A DNA stretch of 64,000 bases, taken from an uncultured bacterium (GTDB lineage: Bacteria; Chloroflexota; UBA5177; JANWHV01). The stretch spans positions 480,001-544,000 of the forward strand of contig CAVSOU010000011.1 in NCBI GenBank assembly GCA_963729625.1. Direction: 5' to 3'. Position numbers and translations under genes: made by a program. Shown piece by piece: positions 20,326-31,310 of this stretch; the first letter of the stretch is position 1, and each line of letters starts with the position of its first letter. Below the pieces are notes generated by a model, which made no database searches, was not told the origin of the DNA, and was given only the letters and a program-made list of their open reading frames with translations.

Positions 20326-20708
20326 GGATCTTCAGTGACACCCCCAACCATCGACTGACCAACTGTATGTGCCAGGGCAATGCCACGCCATGCGTGCCAC
20401 GTATGCCCCGGGTCTGGCAGGCGAGCTCATACATCGATGCGGGCGCCGTCACACACAGTGTGTCAGATGCACGTTTCGATTTGCTCACATGCATTGTAGG
20501 GCACCTTCTGGGTTGAGCAAGAGCCTCGAGGGATAACGGCGCCCTACTGTGCGCTCGTCGATGGCCCAACCGCCTGACCTGGAGCCTCCGTTGGTGCATC
20601 GCCTCCTCCGCGACCTGTCTGTGGCGGGGTCGCCGGCAGAATCAGGCGGCTGGGAAGCTCTGCGGCGCTGCTTGAAAACCCGTAGCACAGCGATGATCCT
20701 CAACGCGA

Positions 20709-20743
20709 CAGGGCGCCGGCGGTATCGAGCCGCCGGCGCCCTG
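20709..20743 (-). terminator. GC-rich hairpin downstream of the DUF5666-like gene
   Basis: CAGGGCGCCGGCGG, 7-nt loop, CCGCCGGCGCCCTG; 23 bp after the stop; no U-tract. Confidence 0.55.
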
Positions 20744-20766
20744 CCAAGCCCTGGAAGAGCGCGGAC

Positions 20767-22491
20767 TTACATCAGCGTAATATGCATCGTGGGATCCACG
20801 CGATGCTCGTCACGGTCGTAGTAGGCCCACACGAGGACAGTTTGTCCCGGATTGAGCGACGTCACATCATGGCTCGTTTGGTTGTGGCGAAGGTAAATAA
20901 TCGTGCTCGGCTGTACGAAGACGGTCAGGGTCGTGCCAGTCCTGAACGGATTGTTGCGGTCGTTGAATCTCACGGTCCGCACCGCCAGGAACTCAGGCGA
21001 CGACGTGAAGTTGATGAACGTGATCTTGGCCTTGAATCGGACCTGCACCAGGTTTGCCAGCGAGGCATCCTTGATCCACGTCGCGGTGAACTGTGCGTTC
21101 ACGAACGTGCCTCTGATCTCCAGCCTGTTGTTCGAGTGCAGATAGCTGACCGGGATCGTGTTGCCGTTGTTACGAACAATCACCGTGCTGGGCGTTACGT
21201 AGACCGGAAGCTGGCCGGGCCGGCACGGACTGGTCATGGCAAGGTTCGGTGAGAGTCCGCCGGTGAACCGAGCCGACTTGATGCACAGCAGGGTCGGAGG
21301 CGTGTTTGGATTCGCCGGAGCGTTGAGCAACCCGGCGAGAGCGATAAGCCCGCTCACCGGTGCCGCAGTGGCGGTCGCCGTCGGCACCGGGGTCGCGGTC
21401 GGCCCAGCGCCGAGCGCGCTGCCCGTCGTGATCCACGAGATATATTCAAACGCGTTGAGCGCGCTGTTGTACAGGCCCTGCGTGGTTACGACAGAACCCG
21501 GACCAATGCCGCCGACGGGATAACCGGAGGTCGCGGCGCCGTTGATGTTGACGGCGGTGCAGGGCGCCTGTGTGTTCGACGGAGCGGTGCAGAACACGGT
21601 GCCGGCGTTGGTCAGGGGCAACGTGAACTGCCCGTTGCTGGGAACCGGAGAATGACTCGAGTTCAGGCTGGTGACCATCACGCTCAGAACCGTCAACGGC
21701 GAACCAACGGCGACGCTCTGCACCGAGCCGGTGAACTGGGTATAGGTCAGGTGCAGCGAATGATCGTCGAGGCTGGCGGCAGTGAACTGCGCGTTGACAA
21801 AACTGCCATGAACTTCCAGCGAATCGCCGGCTCGGAGCTCGAACAGGGCCGAGACACTGTCGTCATTGCGCGTCAGCTTTGTGGTGGGCGTGATGTACAC
21901 CGGCAGCAGGCCGGGCGCGCACGGACTGACCAGAGAGACATTGGGAGTGATACCGCCCACTACCTGTGCCTTGGCGAGGCAGAGCAGAGTCGGGGGCGTC
22001 AACTGGTCGGGCGCCGCGAAAAGTGTTCCCGTCACGTCGAGCTGCGATAGCACCTGCGTTGGCGAGCTAGTCGGGGTCGCGCTGACCGTCACGGTTGGCG
22101 TGGGGACAACGACCGTACCGGTCGCGGTTGCGGTCGGAAGCGGCAAGAGCGACAGATCCTGAATGACGCTGGCGGTGATACCGCCGTTCCTATCGACTAC
22201 GCCTGTGACCTTGAGCGAGTCGTTATCATGCAGGTCCGTCAGATTCGCCGGCGATCCATCTTGTCGCTCAATTTGCGTGCTCACGGAGATCCAGACGGGA
22301 GCTGTCTCGCTGCCCTCCTGAATAAACAGGGACGTCGGTGCAGTTGGCTGCGGCATCGCCACCATCGTGGCCGTGATCGTAATGTTCGCGAGTTGCGCTG
22401 CCGAGACATGAGATGCCGATGGCAGAAGTGGCACTGCTGCGAAAAGCAATGGAGCAAACGCAAGTCCCGTAAGTAACCGCTTGGCGTTCAT
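20767..22491 (-). CDS. Secreted protein with multiple DUF5666-like (OB-fold) domains and Pro/Thr linkers
   Basis: Signal peptide; repeated pattern V.ITP.T.I.R.D....L.EL..GD.LEV.G...F.A..I.D; GGAGG RBS. Confidence 0.7.
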   Translation of the reverse strand: MNAKRLLTGLAFAPLLFAAVPLLPSASHVSAAQLANITITATMVAMPQPTAPTSLFIQEGSETAPVWISVSTQIERQDGSPANLTDLHDNDSLKVTGVVDRNGGITASVIQDLSLLPLPTATATGTVVVPTPTVTVSATPTSSPTQVLSQLDVTGTLFAAPDQLTPPTLLCLAKAQVVGGITPNVSLVSPCAPGLLPVYITPTTKLTRNDDSVSALFELRAGDSLEVHGSFVNAQFTAASLDDHSLHLTYTQFTGSVQSVAVGSPLTVLSVMVTSLNSSHSPVPSNGQFTLPLTNAGTVFCTAPSNTQAPCTAVNINGAATSGYPVGGIGPGSVVTTQGLYNSALNAFEYISWITTGSALGAGPTATPVPTATATAAPVSGLIALAGLLNAPANPNTPPTLLCIKSARFTGGLSPNLAMTSPCRPGQLPVYVTPSTVIVRNNGNTIPVSYLHSNNRLEIRGTFVNAQFTATWIKDASLANLVQVRFKAKITFINFTSSPEFLAVRTVRFNDRNNPFRTGTTLTVFVQPSTIIYLRHNQTSHDVTSLNPGQTVLVWAYYDRDEHRVDPTMHITLM

Positions 22492-22835
22492 GTGACCTCC
22501 TGGTGAAGCAAACTAACTGTGAAACAGAGATCCATCATTTGGCCGAATGATTAACCCCAAGGCTTTTACCAAGGCGCCTCACTGGCGGACCGCCAGGGCG
22601 CTCGATACCTCAAGTACCACAGTAGGATGCGCGTGTTGTCGTGGTGTTGTGTAGATGTAAACAGTCTGTTAACGGCAGGAAAGCACGGCATAGCAGGCGC
22701 GGGCGGGCTGCTGCCGTGCGGCTTGAGGCTGGTGACGGCAGGAAGCCCGCCCACGTCGCTCCACCCAGCGCCCGAATACGTACCCTCGACCACCGCATAG
22801 TCAGGACAGCGTGTCGCGGCGCCCGGGTGCCCCAC

Positions 22836-22891
22836 CTGTCATCCAACCGTCATGTTGCAATCACATGGCTGTCATGCGTTGAACCTACGAT
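22836..22891 (+). promoter_or_regulatory. Four 11-bp-period direct repeats (Pho-box/OmpR-family type) followed by a -10 element
   Basis: CTGTCAT 22836, CCGTCAT 22847, CAATCAC 22858, CTGTCAT 22869; TACGAT at 22886-22891, 10 bp after the last repeat. Confidence 0.6.
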
Positions 22892-22997
22892 CGCAGTGAT
22901 ATGTGGTTGCAGCCCAGGCAAGAGCTGTCTCTTGCGGCAATGAAGAAGGTGGTTAGCCCCTTCACGGCTGCGCTTCACACTGCATGGAGGCATTTCC

Positions 22998-25900
22998 TTG
23001 AAGGGAAAAACTGTTCGTGTTGCCGTGTTGGCGGCGTTGCTCCCCACCACAGGCTTGACGCTCGCATTCTCGTTGCCAGGCATCAGTACTCCACCAACAC
23101 TTGACGGTCGTGTTGTACTGGTCTCAAGAGGCACCATTACCACCACGCTGACGCCGTCCGGTCAGGCCGCAAACGTGACGACCTACTCGTTGAATTTCTC
23201 GGCCTCGGGCACGGTCAAGTCAGTCAACGTCGTACCGGGTCAGTCGGTCAAGAAAGGCCAGGTTCTTGCTTCAATTGACGATCCATCGTTGCAGCTATCG
23301 CTGATCAGCGATCGGAACGCGCTGAACAATGCTCAGCTGGCTCTGGCAAAGCAACTCGCTCCCCCGAATCCGAACTCACTTGTCCAGTCCCAAGCGTCGC
23401 TCGATCAGGCTCAATCCAAGCTGGCCGCTATGAAGGCAGGCGGCACCGCCGCCTCCATCGCGCAGGCCCGCGCCAACGTGGACTCCGCCAAAGCCAAGCT
23501 CGTGGCGCTGCAATCGGGCACGGCCTCCGCGATCATCTCTGCACAGGCCAGTCTTGATTCCGTTCAACAGAAGCTGGCCGCGATGGAAGCCGGAGGCACC
23601 GCCTCCAGCATCGCCCAGGCGGAAACGACGCTTGCTACGGCCCAGGCCAAGCTGGCAGCCATGCAGACCGGCGGTACGTCCGCGAGCGTCACGCAGGCGC
23701 GTCAAGCGCTCGACGAAGCCAAGACGAAGCTTGCGGTGATGAAGAAAGGCGGCACCCCCGCCAGCATCGCCCAGGCCCGGTCGTCCCTCGAACAGGCCCA
23801 GCTCAAGCTTGCCACAATGAAGAAGGGTGGTACGCCTGTCAGCATTGCGCAGGCCAGGGCTGCACTCGACCAGGCGCAGCTCAAGCTGGCGACTATGGAG
23901 AAGGGTGGCACGTCGACCAGCGTCACCCAGGCCAGGGCTGCGCTCGATCAGGCCCAGCTCAAGCTGGCCACGATGCTCAAGGGCGGTACCGCGGCAAGCA
24001 TCGCCCAGGCCAAGTCATCGCTCGACCAAGCCCAGCTCAAGCTGGCCACGATGCTCAAGGGCGGTACCGCGACCAGCATCGCCCAGGCCAGAGCTTCGCT
24101 CAACCAGGCGCAGCTCAAGCTGGCCACGATGCTCAAGGGCGGTACCGCGACCAGCATAACCCAGGCCAAAGCATCGCTCGATCAGGCGCAGCTCAAGCTG
24201 GCCACGATGCTCAAGGGCGGTACCACGACCAGCGTAGCCCAGGCCAAAGCATCGCTCGACCAGGCACAGCTCAAGCTGGCCACGATGCTCAAGGGCGGTA
24301 CCACGACCAGCATCGCCCAGGCCAGGGCGTCACTCGACCAGGCACAGCTCAAGCTGGCGACCATGAAACAGGGCGGTACCCCGGCCAGCATTGCCCAAGC
24401 CAAGGCATCGCTCGAACAGGCCCAGATCAAGCTGGCGACCATGAAGAAGGGCGGAACGCCGGCCAGCATTGCCCAGGCCAAGGCATCGCTCGAACAGGCC
24501 CAGATCAAGCTGGCGACCATGAAGAAGGGCGGCACCCCCGCCAGTATTGCCCAGGCCAAGGCATCGCTCGAACAAGCGCAGATCAAGCTGGCTTCCATGA
24601 AGCAGGGCGGCACCCCCGCCAGCATCGCCCAGGCCAAGGCATCGTTGCAACAGGCGCAGATCAAGCTCAACGTCATGCAGACGCCTCCTGATCCGCACAC
24701 CGTCGTAGCGGCAAAGGCCAACCTGGACTCAGCGATCCTGAAGCTGACGGCCCTCCAGGCTCCGCCGAACCCGCAGACCGTCGCCCAGGCACAGGCCAGC
24801 CTGGACTCCGCCAAGCAGAAGCTCATCGCCCTGCAAGCCGCTCCTGACCAGAACACCCTTGCTCAGCTTCAGGCGAGCCTGGACTCCGCCAAGCAGAAGC
24901 TCATTGCCCTGCAAGCGCCCGTCAATGCAAACACTCTGGCCTCCGCCCAGGCGAGCCTCGATAGCGCAAAGCAGAACCTGGCCGCGCTCTCCAACGCCGC
25001 GTCGTCGGCAACCGTCGCCTCCGACCAGGCAGGAGTGACACAGGCTCAGAACAATCTGAGCAGCGCGACGACTCCATCAGCTGCGTCGCTCGCCCAGGCG
25101 AATGCAACCCTTCTCGCGGCTCGAAATAAGCTGCAAGTGGATCAGGTCGCTCTATCGCTTCTCGTGCCACCCAACACAAGCGCCATCACCAATCCCACCG
25201 CGCTGCAGACCGCGACGAATACGTATCTGCAAAACCAAGCGCAGGATGAGGCGAATATCGCGAACGACGAGGCCAGCGTCGCGAGTGCGACGGCAGCGTA
25301 TACCGCGCTGACCAACCCGAGCGCCGGCGCGCTGACCCTGGCCCAGCAGCAGTTGACCGCCGCCCAGGCCAAGCTGGCAGCCGACCAGCAGCCAACGCCA
25401 AGCTCGACGGACCTGGCAAAAGCGCAGGACGCCGTCACCCAAGCCCAGGCGTCGCTCGCCAACACGCAGGCCGGCACCACGACGCCGTCCGATATTGCCT
25501 CCGCGCAGGATGCCATCACCTCCGCGCAGGCCTCGCTCAACGCGGCGACCGCCCCGCCGAAGGCTACGGACCTGGCCACGGCTCAGGACGCTCTTGTTTC
25601 CGCGGAGGCCTCGCTCACGACTGCGACGGCACCGCCGGCAGCTACCGACATCGCCTCCGCCCGGGACGCGATCAACTCCGCGAACGCCGCGGTGTATACG
25701 GCGGAGCATCCATACACTGCGCAAGACATCGCGACACAGCAGTCCACGGTGACAAGCGCCGAGGCAGCATACAAGAACGCCCTGCAACCCAACTCGGCGT
25801 CGGATATCGCCACACAGGAACAAGCGGTCAAGACCGCGCAGGTGGCCTATCAGAATGCGCTGCAGCCTAACTCCGCGTCGGACATCGCCACGCAAGAGCA

Positions 25901-27794
25901 AGCGGTCAAGAGCGCGCAAGTAGCCTATCAGAATGCGCTGCAGCCTAACTCGGCGTCGGACATCGCCACGCAAGAGCAAGCGGTCAAGAGCGCGCAAGTA
26001 GCCTATCAGAATGCGCTGCAGCCTAACTCGGCGTCGGACATCGCCTCGCAGGAGCAGGCCGTAGCCGGCGCCAAGGCTGCCTACCAAAACGCCCTGCAGC
26101 CCAACTCTCCGTCCGACATTGCCACCCAGGAGCAGGCCGTGGCCAGCGCCAAGGCCGCCTACCAGAATGCTTTACAGCCTAACTCGGCGTCGGACATCGC
26201 CACCCAAGAGCAAGCGGTCAAGAGCGCGCAGGCCGGCTACCAGAATGCCCTGCAGCCCAACTCGCCATCCGACATCGCCACGCAGGAACAAGCCGTGGCC
26301 AGCGCCAAGGCCGCCTACCAGAATGCCCAGCAGCCTAACTCGCCATCCGACATCGCCACGCAGGAGCAAGTGGTAGCCAGCGCCAAGGCCGCCTACCAGA
26401 ACGCCTCGCAGCCCAACGCAGCGTCGGACATCGCCACACAGGAGCAAGCGGTCAAGAGTGCGCAGGCCGCCTATCAGAATGCGCTGCAACCCAACTCGCC
26501 TTCCGACATCGCCACGCAAGAGCAAGCGGTCAAGAGCGCGCAAGCCGCCTATCAGAACGCCCTGCAGCCCAACTCGGCGTCGGATATCGCCACGCAGGAA
26601 CAGGCCGTGGCCAGCGCGCAAGCCGCCTATCAGAACGCCCTGCAGCCCAATGCGGCCTCCGACATTCGACAGGCGCAGGACGCGGTAACCAGCGCGGAGG
26701 CGGCGTTGGCATCTGCCAAGCAGCCGAACTCTGCCTCGGACATTACCCAGCAGAAGCTCGCAGTACAGAGTGCGCAGGCGGCCTTGGCTGCAGCCAGGCA
26801 ACCGAACACCACATCGGATATCCAGCAAGCGCGAGATTCGGTCACCTCGCAGCAACAGGCGCTCATCACTGCCCAGCATCCCGGCACCGCGACGGATATT
26901 CAGCAAGCTCAGGATTCGTTGATCAGCGCGCAGGCAGCGCTCGACTCGGCCGTCCAACCGAACACCGCGCAGGATATTGCCCAGCAACAAGATGCCGTGA
27001 AGAGCGCGCAGGCGGCGCTGCAGCTGGCGCTTCATCCCTACACCGCGCAAGACATCGCCATCTCGCAGGCGAGCGTCACGGAGGCGCAGCAGTCATTGAA
27101 GGCTGACCAAGCGCTGTTCGCCAGTGAAACGGATATCGTGGCGCCGAGCGCCGGGGTGGTCCAGGTGGTGAACCTTTCGCCCGGACAGGCGTCGTCCAGC
27201 GCCAGCAGTAGCAGTAGCAGCACCAGCACCAGCACCGCGGCCATCCAGATGGCCGATACCAAGGGTCTTGTGGTGACGGCAAGCATCCCTGAAGCCCAGA
27301 TTGGCAGCATACAGCTTGGCGATCCGGTGGCGATGGTCTTCAACGCGTTCCCCAACAGAACGCTCGTCGGCATCGTCAACAGCCTGCCCTTCCAGGCGAC
27401 CACCACGTCGAACGTTACCACCTACCCGATCAAGGTTTCTCTGACGGGGAACCTCAAAGGCATTACGGCCGGCATGACCGCGAACATGACCATTGTCACG
27501 GCGGAGGTGACCAACACGATCGAGGTGCCCACCGCGGCGATTGTCGGCACCGGCACCCGCAGCTTTGTCCGCACACTCGATAAGACGAATAACGAGGTGA
27601 TAACGCCCGTCCAGACGGGAATCAGCGACACAACCTTCACGCAAATCGTCAGCGGCTTGAACGTTGGCGACCGGATCGTCGTACCGACCACCAGCGGCTC
27701 CACCACGACGGGTACCGGCGCGGCCCGCGGCTTCGGTGGCGGCGGCGGCTTCGGCGGCGGAGGCTTCGGCGGCGCCGTACGGATTGGCGGCTAA
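22998..27794 (+). CDS. Giant membrane-fusion (HlyD/MacA/YknX-like) adaptor protein, 1598 aa
   Basis: N-terminal anchor; split lipoyl domain ([25 protein letters not shown] and [19 protein letters not shown]) around a ~1280-aa helical repeat region; beta-barrel [12 protein letters not shown]...GMTANMTI; VPTAAI...VQTGISD...[12 protein letters not shown]; Gly/Phe tail; TGGAGG RBS before TTG. Confidence 0.9.
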   Translation: MKGKTVRVAVLAALLPTTGLTLAFSLPGISTPPTLDGRVVLVSRGTITTTLTPSGQAANVTTYSLNFSASGTVKSVNVVPGQSVKKGQVLASIDDPSLQLSLISDRNALNNAQLALAKQLAPPNPNSLVQSQASLDQAQSKLAAMKAGGTAASIAQARANVDSAKAKLVALQSGTASAIISAQASLDSVQQKLAAMEAGGTASSIAQAETTLATAQAKLAAMQTGGTSASVTQARQALDEAKTKLAVMKKGGTPASIAQARSSLEQAQLKLATMKKGGTPVSIAQARAALDQAQLKLATMEKGGTSTSVTQARAALDQAQLKLATMLKGGTAASIAQAKSSLDQAQLKLATMLKGGTATSIAQARASLNQAQLKLATMLKGGTATSITQAKASLDQAQLKLATMLKGGTTTSVAQAKASLDQAQLKLATMLKGGTTTSIAQARASLDQAQLKLATMKQGGTPASIAQAKASLEQAQIKLATMKKGGTPASIAQAKASLEQAQIKLATMKKGGTPASIAQAKASLEQAQIKLASMKQGGTPASIAQAKASLQQAQIKLNVMQTPPDPHTVVAAKANLDSAILKLTALQAPPNPQTVAQAQASLDSAKQKLIALQAAPDQNTLAQLQASLDSAKQKLIALQAPVNANTLASAQASLDSAKQNLAALSNAASSATVASDQAGVTQAQNNLSSATTPSAASLAQANATLLAARNKLQVDQVALSLLVPPNTSAITNPTALQTATNTYLQNQAQDEANIANDEASVASATAAYTALTNPSAGALTLAQQQLTAAQAKLAADQQPTPSSTDLAKAQDAVTQAQASLANTQAGTTTPSDIASAQDAITSAQASLNAATAPPKATDLATAQDALVSAEASLTTATAPPAATDIASARDAINSANAAVYTAEHPYTAQDIATQQSTVTSAEAAYKNALQPNSASDIATQEQAVKTAQVAYQNALQPNSASDIATQEQAVKSAQVAYQNALQPNSASDIATQEQAVKSAQVAYQNALQPNSASDIASQEQAVAGAKAAYQNALQPNSPSDIATQEQAVASAKAAYQNALQPNSASDIATQEQAVKSAQAGYQNALQPNSPSDIATQEQAVASAKAAYQNAQQPNSPSDIATQEQVVASAKAAYQNASQPNAASDIATQEQAVKSAQAAYQNALQPNSPSDIATQEQAVKSAQAAYQNALQPNSASDIATQEQAVASAQAAYQNALQPNAASDIRQAQDAVTSAEAALASAKQPNSASDITQQKLAVQSAQAALAAARQPNTTSDIQQARDSVTSQQQALITAQHPGTATDIQQAQDSLISAQAALDSAVQPNTAQDIAQQQDAVKSAQAALQLALHPYTAQDIAISQASVTEAQQSLKADQALFASETDIVAPSAGVVQVVNLSPGQASSSASSSSSSTSTSTAAIQMADTKGLVVTASIPEAQIGSIQLGDPVAMVFNAFPNRTLVGIVNSLPFQATTTSNVTTYPIKVSLTGNLKGITAGMTANMTIVTAEVTNTIEVPTAAIVGTGTRSFVRTLDKTNNEVITPVQTGISDTTFTQIVSGLNVGDRIVVPTTSGSTTTGTGAARGFGGGGGFGGGGFGGAVRIGG
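23757..24692 (+). repeat. 12 homogenised 78-bp coding repeats (outbound arm, ~[26 protein letters not shown])
   Basis: Counted from the translation; 936 bp = 12 x 78. Confidence 0.85.
25719..26654 (+). repeat. 12 homogenised 78-bp coding repeats (return arm, ~[26 protein letters not shown])
   Basis: Counted from the translation; 936 bp = 12 x 78. Confidence 0.85.
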
Positions 27795-28636
27795 TGGTCA
27801 TGCAACCGACGTCGCTTATCGAGATGCAGCAGATCACCAAGACGTACGTCATGGGCGATCAGGAGGTGCATGCGCTGCGCGGGATCGATCTCCGCATCGC
27901 CGAAGGGGAATTCGTGGCGATCATGGGAGCCTCGGGCAGCGGAAAATCCACCATGATGAATATCGTCGGCTGTCTGGACCGCCCATCTTCCGGCCAGTAC
28001 TACCTCGCGGGCAGGGAGGTGGCGACGCTCAGCGACGATGAACAGGCGCTCATGCGCAATCGTACCATCGGGTTCGTGTTCCAGTCGTTCAACCTGCTCA
28101 GGCGCACAAGCGCCCAGAAGAACGTGGAGCTACCACTCATCTACTCGGGCGTACCTGCCCGCGAGCGTGCGGAGCGCGCCAGGGCTGCCCTCGAGCAGGT
28201 CGGCCTTGGCGCCAGACTCGACCACCATCCTAGCCAGCTCTCGGGCGGGCAGCAGCAGCGCGTGGCGGTGGCAAGAGCGCTGGTAACGAACCCGGCGCTG
28301 ATCCTTGCCGACGAGCCTACCGGCAATCTGGACTCTCAGGTCAGTGCTGAAGTAATGAGTCTCTTTCAAAGACTGAATCTCCGCGGCCTGACGGTTGTGC
28401 TTGTCACGCACGAGAGCGACATCGCGGCCTACGCAAAACGCGTCGTTCGCATGCGCGACGGCCACGTGATGCACGACAGCCAGCCCGATGCCGCGAGAGT
28501 GCCCGAGAGTGCAGTCGCGCTGGGCGAATCCCTGCCGACTACTACGCCGTCGCCCGATGCTCCGGAAGCGCCGGCCGATTCCGGCATGCACCCGTTGCTC
28601 ACGCGTATCTCGCTCGATCGGGAGGGTCCGGCATGA
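27794..28636 (+). CDS. ABC transporter ATP-binding protein (MacB/LolD/YknY type)
   Basis: Walker [51 protein letters not shown]; TAATG coupling to the upstream stop. Confidence 0.95.
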   Translation: MVMQPTSLIEMQQITKTYVMGDQEVHALRGIDLRIAEGEFVAIMGASGSGKSTMMNIVGCLDRPSSGQYYLAGREVATLSDDEQALMRNRTIGFVFQSFNLLRRTSAQKNVELPLIYSGVPARERAERARAALEQVGLGARLDHHPSQLSGGQQQRVAVARALVTNPALILADEPTGNLDSQVSAEVMSLFQRLNLRGLTVVLVTHESDIAAYAKRVVRMRDGHVMHDSQPDAARVPESAVALGESLPTTTPSPDAPEAPADSGMHPLLTRISLDREGPA

Positions 28637-29967
28637 ACCCTGCAGGGCAAATCAGGCAGACGCAAAAGCCGTCGCGCAAGGCGCCTCGTATCACGTTCGT
28701 TGGTCAGGCCCTGTCGGTGCTGCACATCGCCACGACAGGCATATTCACAAACAAGGCCAGGACGGTTCTGACCCTGCTTGGCGTCATCATCGGCGTTGCG
28801 TCGGTCATCGTGGCCGTCGGCATCGGCAATGGCTCTGCCACACGGGTCAACAGTCAACTGAGTGCGCTTGGCACGAATCTCGTGCAGATACAGCCCGGAG
28901 GGACATTCTCCGGCGGCGTCCGCGGGGGCGCCGGCTCGGCCAGCACCCTGACCGTCTCCGACGCGCAGACCCTTGCCGACAGCTTGGGTTCGGGCGGCAC
29001 GTTGCCTGACGTGGCCATGGTGGCGCCGGAGTTCAACGTAAACGTGCAGATCGTGGCAGGAGCCCAGAACACGGGCACATCGGCGGACGGCGTATCGCCC
29101 GAATACCTTACGGTGCGCAACGCTCAGGTAGCAACGGGCCGTTTCGTCACCACGCAAGACTTGATGCAGCAGGCGCAGGTCGTCGACCTGGGAGCGACCG
29201 TGATCACCGATCTCGGTCTCGACGCGTCCAGCGCGGTTGGGTCGACGATCACGCTGAGCGGTGTACCGTTCACCGTCATCGGGACGATGGTCTCCAAAGG
29301 AGGCGGGGGAGGGCGCAACCAGGATGATACCGTGTACGTGCCGCTCACCACGGCCGAATACGTGTTGCCGCATTCGTCCGCATCCGGTTCCCTGTCCTCG
29401 ATCGATCTTGAAGCAACACAGCAAGACACCACGAACCAGGCATGGACCGAGGCCGAGTCGATGTTGCGCGGCCTTCACCACCTCCTGTCCTCTCAGAGCG
29501 ATGACTTCAGCGAATTCAACCAGACGACGATTCAGCAGACGGCGGCAGACGTGTCCGGAACGCTGACGACGTTGCTAGCCGGCGTGTCGGCTTGCTCGCT
29601 CCTGGTCGGCGGCATCGGGATCATGAACATCATGCTCGTCACCGTAACCGAGCGCACGCGTGAAATAGGGCTGAGAAAAGCGGTCGGTGCGAGGAAGATC
29701 GACATCCTGTCGCAATTCCTCGTCGAGGCAATCATGATCAGCGGGACCGGCGGCGCTATCGGAGTCGGTATCAGTTTCCTGGTGGCCTGGATGTTTAACA
29801 ATATCTCGACTCTCGCCACCGCGTTTGGAAACTCCGCACCGGTGATCAGTCCGAATTCGGTGATTCTGGCGTTTGGCGTGTCGCTGGCCATTGGTCTGTT
29901 CTTTGGCAGCTATCCCGCCAGCCGCGCCGCCGCACTCGATCCCATCCAGGCCTTACGTTACGAGTAG
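28633..29967 (+). CDS. ABC transporter permease (MacB/FtsX/YknZ type)
   Basis: [16 protein letters not shown], extracytoplasmic domain, [47 protein letters not shown]; ATGA overlap. Confidence 0.95.
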   Translation: MNPAGQIRQTQKPSRKAPRITFVGQALSVLHIATTGIFTNKARTVLTLLGVIIGVASVIVAVGIGNGSATRVNSQLSALGTNLVQIQPGGTFSGGVRGGAGSASTLTVSDAQTLADSLGSGGTLPDVAMVAPEFNVNVQIVAGAQNTGTSADGVSPEYLTVRNAQVATGRFVTTQDLMQQAQVVDLGATVITDLGLDASSAVGSTITLSGVPFTVIGTMVSKGGGGGRNQDDTVYVPLTTAEYVLPHSSASGSLSSIDLEATQQDTTNQAWTEAESMLRGLHHLLSSQSDDFSEFNQTTIQQTAADVSGTLTTLLAGVSACSLLVGGIGIMNIMLVTVTERTREIGLRKAVGARKIDILSQFLVEAIMISGTGGAIGVGISFLVAWMFNNISTLATAFGNSAPVISPNSVILAFGVSLAIGLFFGSYPASRAAALDPIQALRYE

Positions 29968-29989
29968 TCATCCTCTGGAGAAAGAAACG

Positions 29990-31114
29990 ATGAACCAGGG
30001 CACAAAGCTGAATATCAGAACGGCAAGCGTCGTGCTTGTCTTCGTGCTTGCCGTCGGGCTGGCGTTCTACGGCGGCCGCGTGTATCAGAACAACGTCGAT
30101 AAGCCGCTGTTCACCCAGTACAATCCGCCAACTACCACTGGTGGCACTGGCGGCGCGTCTGGGAGGGGGAGCAGCTACTTCGGCGCGGTGTCGTCCGGTG
30201 GCTCGCAAATCCAGGCAGCTCTCGCCTATGCCACGCCGCCAGGCAGCACGACCTCCCAGAGCGGCGGCACGGCGAACGGCACATCGGGAGGCCAGACCGG
30301 TACCGGTGCGACGGGAGGCCAGACCGGTACCGGTGCGACGGGCGGTCAGGGCGGTACCGGTGCGACGGGTGGTCAGGGCGGTACCGGCGCGACGGGTGGT
30401 CAGGGCGGTACCGGTGCGACGGGTGGTCAGGGCGGCAGTGGCACAACTGGGGGTCAATCCACCGGCGCTGCGACCGATTCAACCGAGGTGGCCGGCACCC
30501 TCGTCAGCTTGGCCAATGGGAAGCTGACAATCAAGACGAGCCAGGGCGCCAATCAGACCGTGTCCACGACCGCGTCGACGACGTACTATGACGCGCAGAA
30601 GGCAACCAGCAGCGCAATTACCAAGGGTCAAAACGTGACCATCAGTATGGCCGCAAGCGGCTCCTCGCAGGGATTTAGCGCGGGTGACATCACGATCGCG
30701 CCGCCCGGCGCCCTCTACGGCTACGTCAAGCAGCAGGCGCCTGCGGCCGGAGGATTCGGTTTCTCGCCGGCCGGCACTGTCGTGTCCCTGAGCGGCAGCA
30801 CGCTAACCCTGCAGACCAGTACCGGCCGCAGCCTGTCGATCTCGATCGACAATTCCACGGCGGTCTACCAACTGGTAAAGACGACCAGTAGCGCCATCCA
30901 CGCCGGAACAACGGTCTCGGCGCTCAAGGACACGAGCGGCGCCACGGCCCTCAATGTGGTGGCATGTTCATTGGATGGCATGGTCGCCTCGCTCACGACT
31001 CCTCGCGCACGCGGCGCGGGAGGTTTTGGCGGGGGCAGCGGCGGCACTGGAGGCTATGGCGGTCAGGGCGGCCAGGGCGGCGGCCAGAGCAATCCGAACG
31101 GGAACGGCAGCTGA
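29990..31114 (+). CDS. Membrane-anchored/secreted Gly-Thr-rich protein with DUF5666-like domains
   Basis: N-terminal hydrophobic segment, GGQGGTGAT repeats, two beta domains (AGTLVSL..GKLTIKT / AGTVVSLSGSTLTLQT), Gly-rich tail; GGAG RBS; last gene of the ABC operon. Confidence 0.7.
   Translation: MNQGTKLNIRTASVVLVFVLAVGLAFYGGRVYQNNVDKPLFTQYNPPTTTGGTGGASGRGSSYFGAVSSGGSQIQAALAYATPPGSTTSQSGGTANGTSGGQTGTGATGGQTGTGATGGQGGTGATGGQGGTGATGGQGGTGATGGQGGSGTTGGQSTGAATDSTEVAGTLVSLANGKLTIKTSQGANQTVSTTASTTYYDAQKATSSAITKGQNVTISMAASGSSQGFSAGDITIAPPGALYGYVKQQAPAAGGFGFSPAGTVVSLSGSTLTLQTSTGRSLSISIDNSTAVYQLVKTTSSAIHAGTTVSALKDTSGATALNVVACSLDGMVASLTTPRARGAGGFGGGSGGTGGYGGQGGQGGGQSNPNGNGS
30287..30436 (+). repeat. 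27-bp tandem coding repeat (GGQ[T/G]GTGAT, about 5.5 copies)
   Basis: Read directly from the sequence. Confidence 0.85.
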
Positions 31115-31160
31115 GCCCGACCGGGTGCCTCCAGACACATGCGGCAGCGCCCAACGCGAG

Positions 31161-31188
31161 GAACGGCAGCCAATCGGCTGCCGTTCTT
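31161..31188 (+). terminator. Hairpin between the convergent ABC operon and hsp20
   Basis: GAACGGCAGCC-AATC-GGCTGCCGTTC followed by TT. Confidence 0.6.
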
Positions 31189-31310
31189 GCGTGTCCGTGT
31201 CAGTCTCTGTGGCCGACGAGCCGTTCTTGGCCCAAGCAGTGCCCGAGCGGGCGTGCGGCGCTGTCCCAAGACTGCGGCAGCGCCGCACGCCGCGCACCCG
31301 TTCGGCCGTA

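Noticed and set aside
23757-26654. Regular 78-bp repeats as a CRISPR array
   Set aside because: Head-to-tail in-frame coding repeats, no unique spacers, no cas genes.
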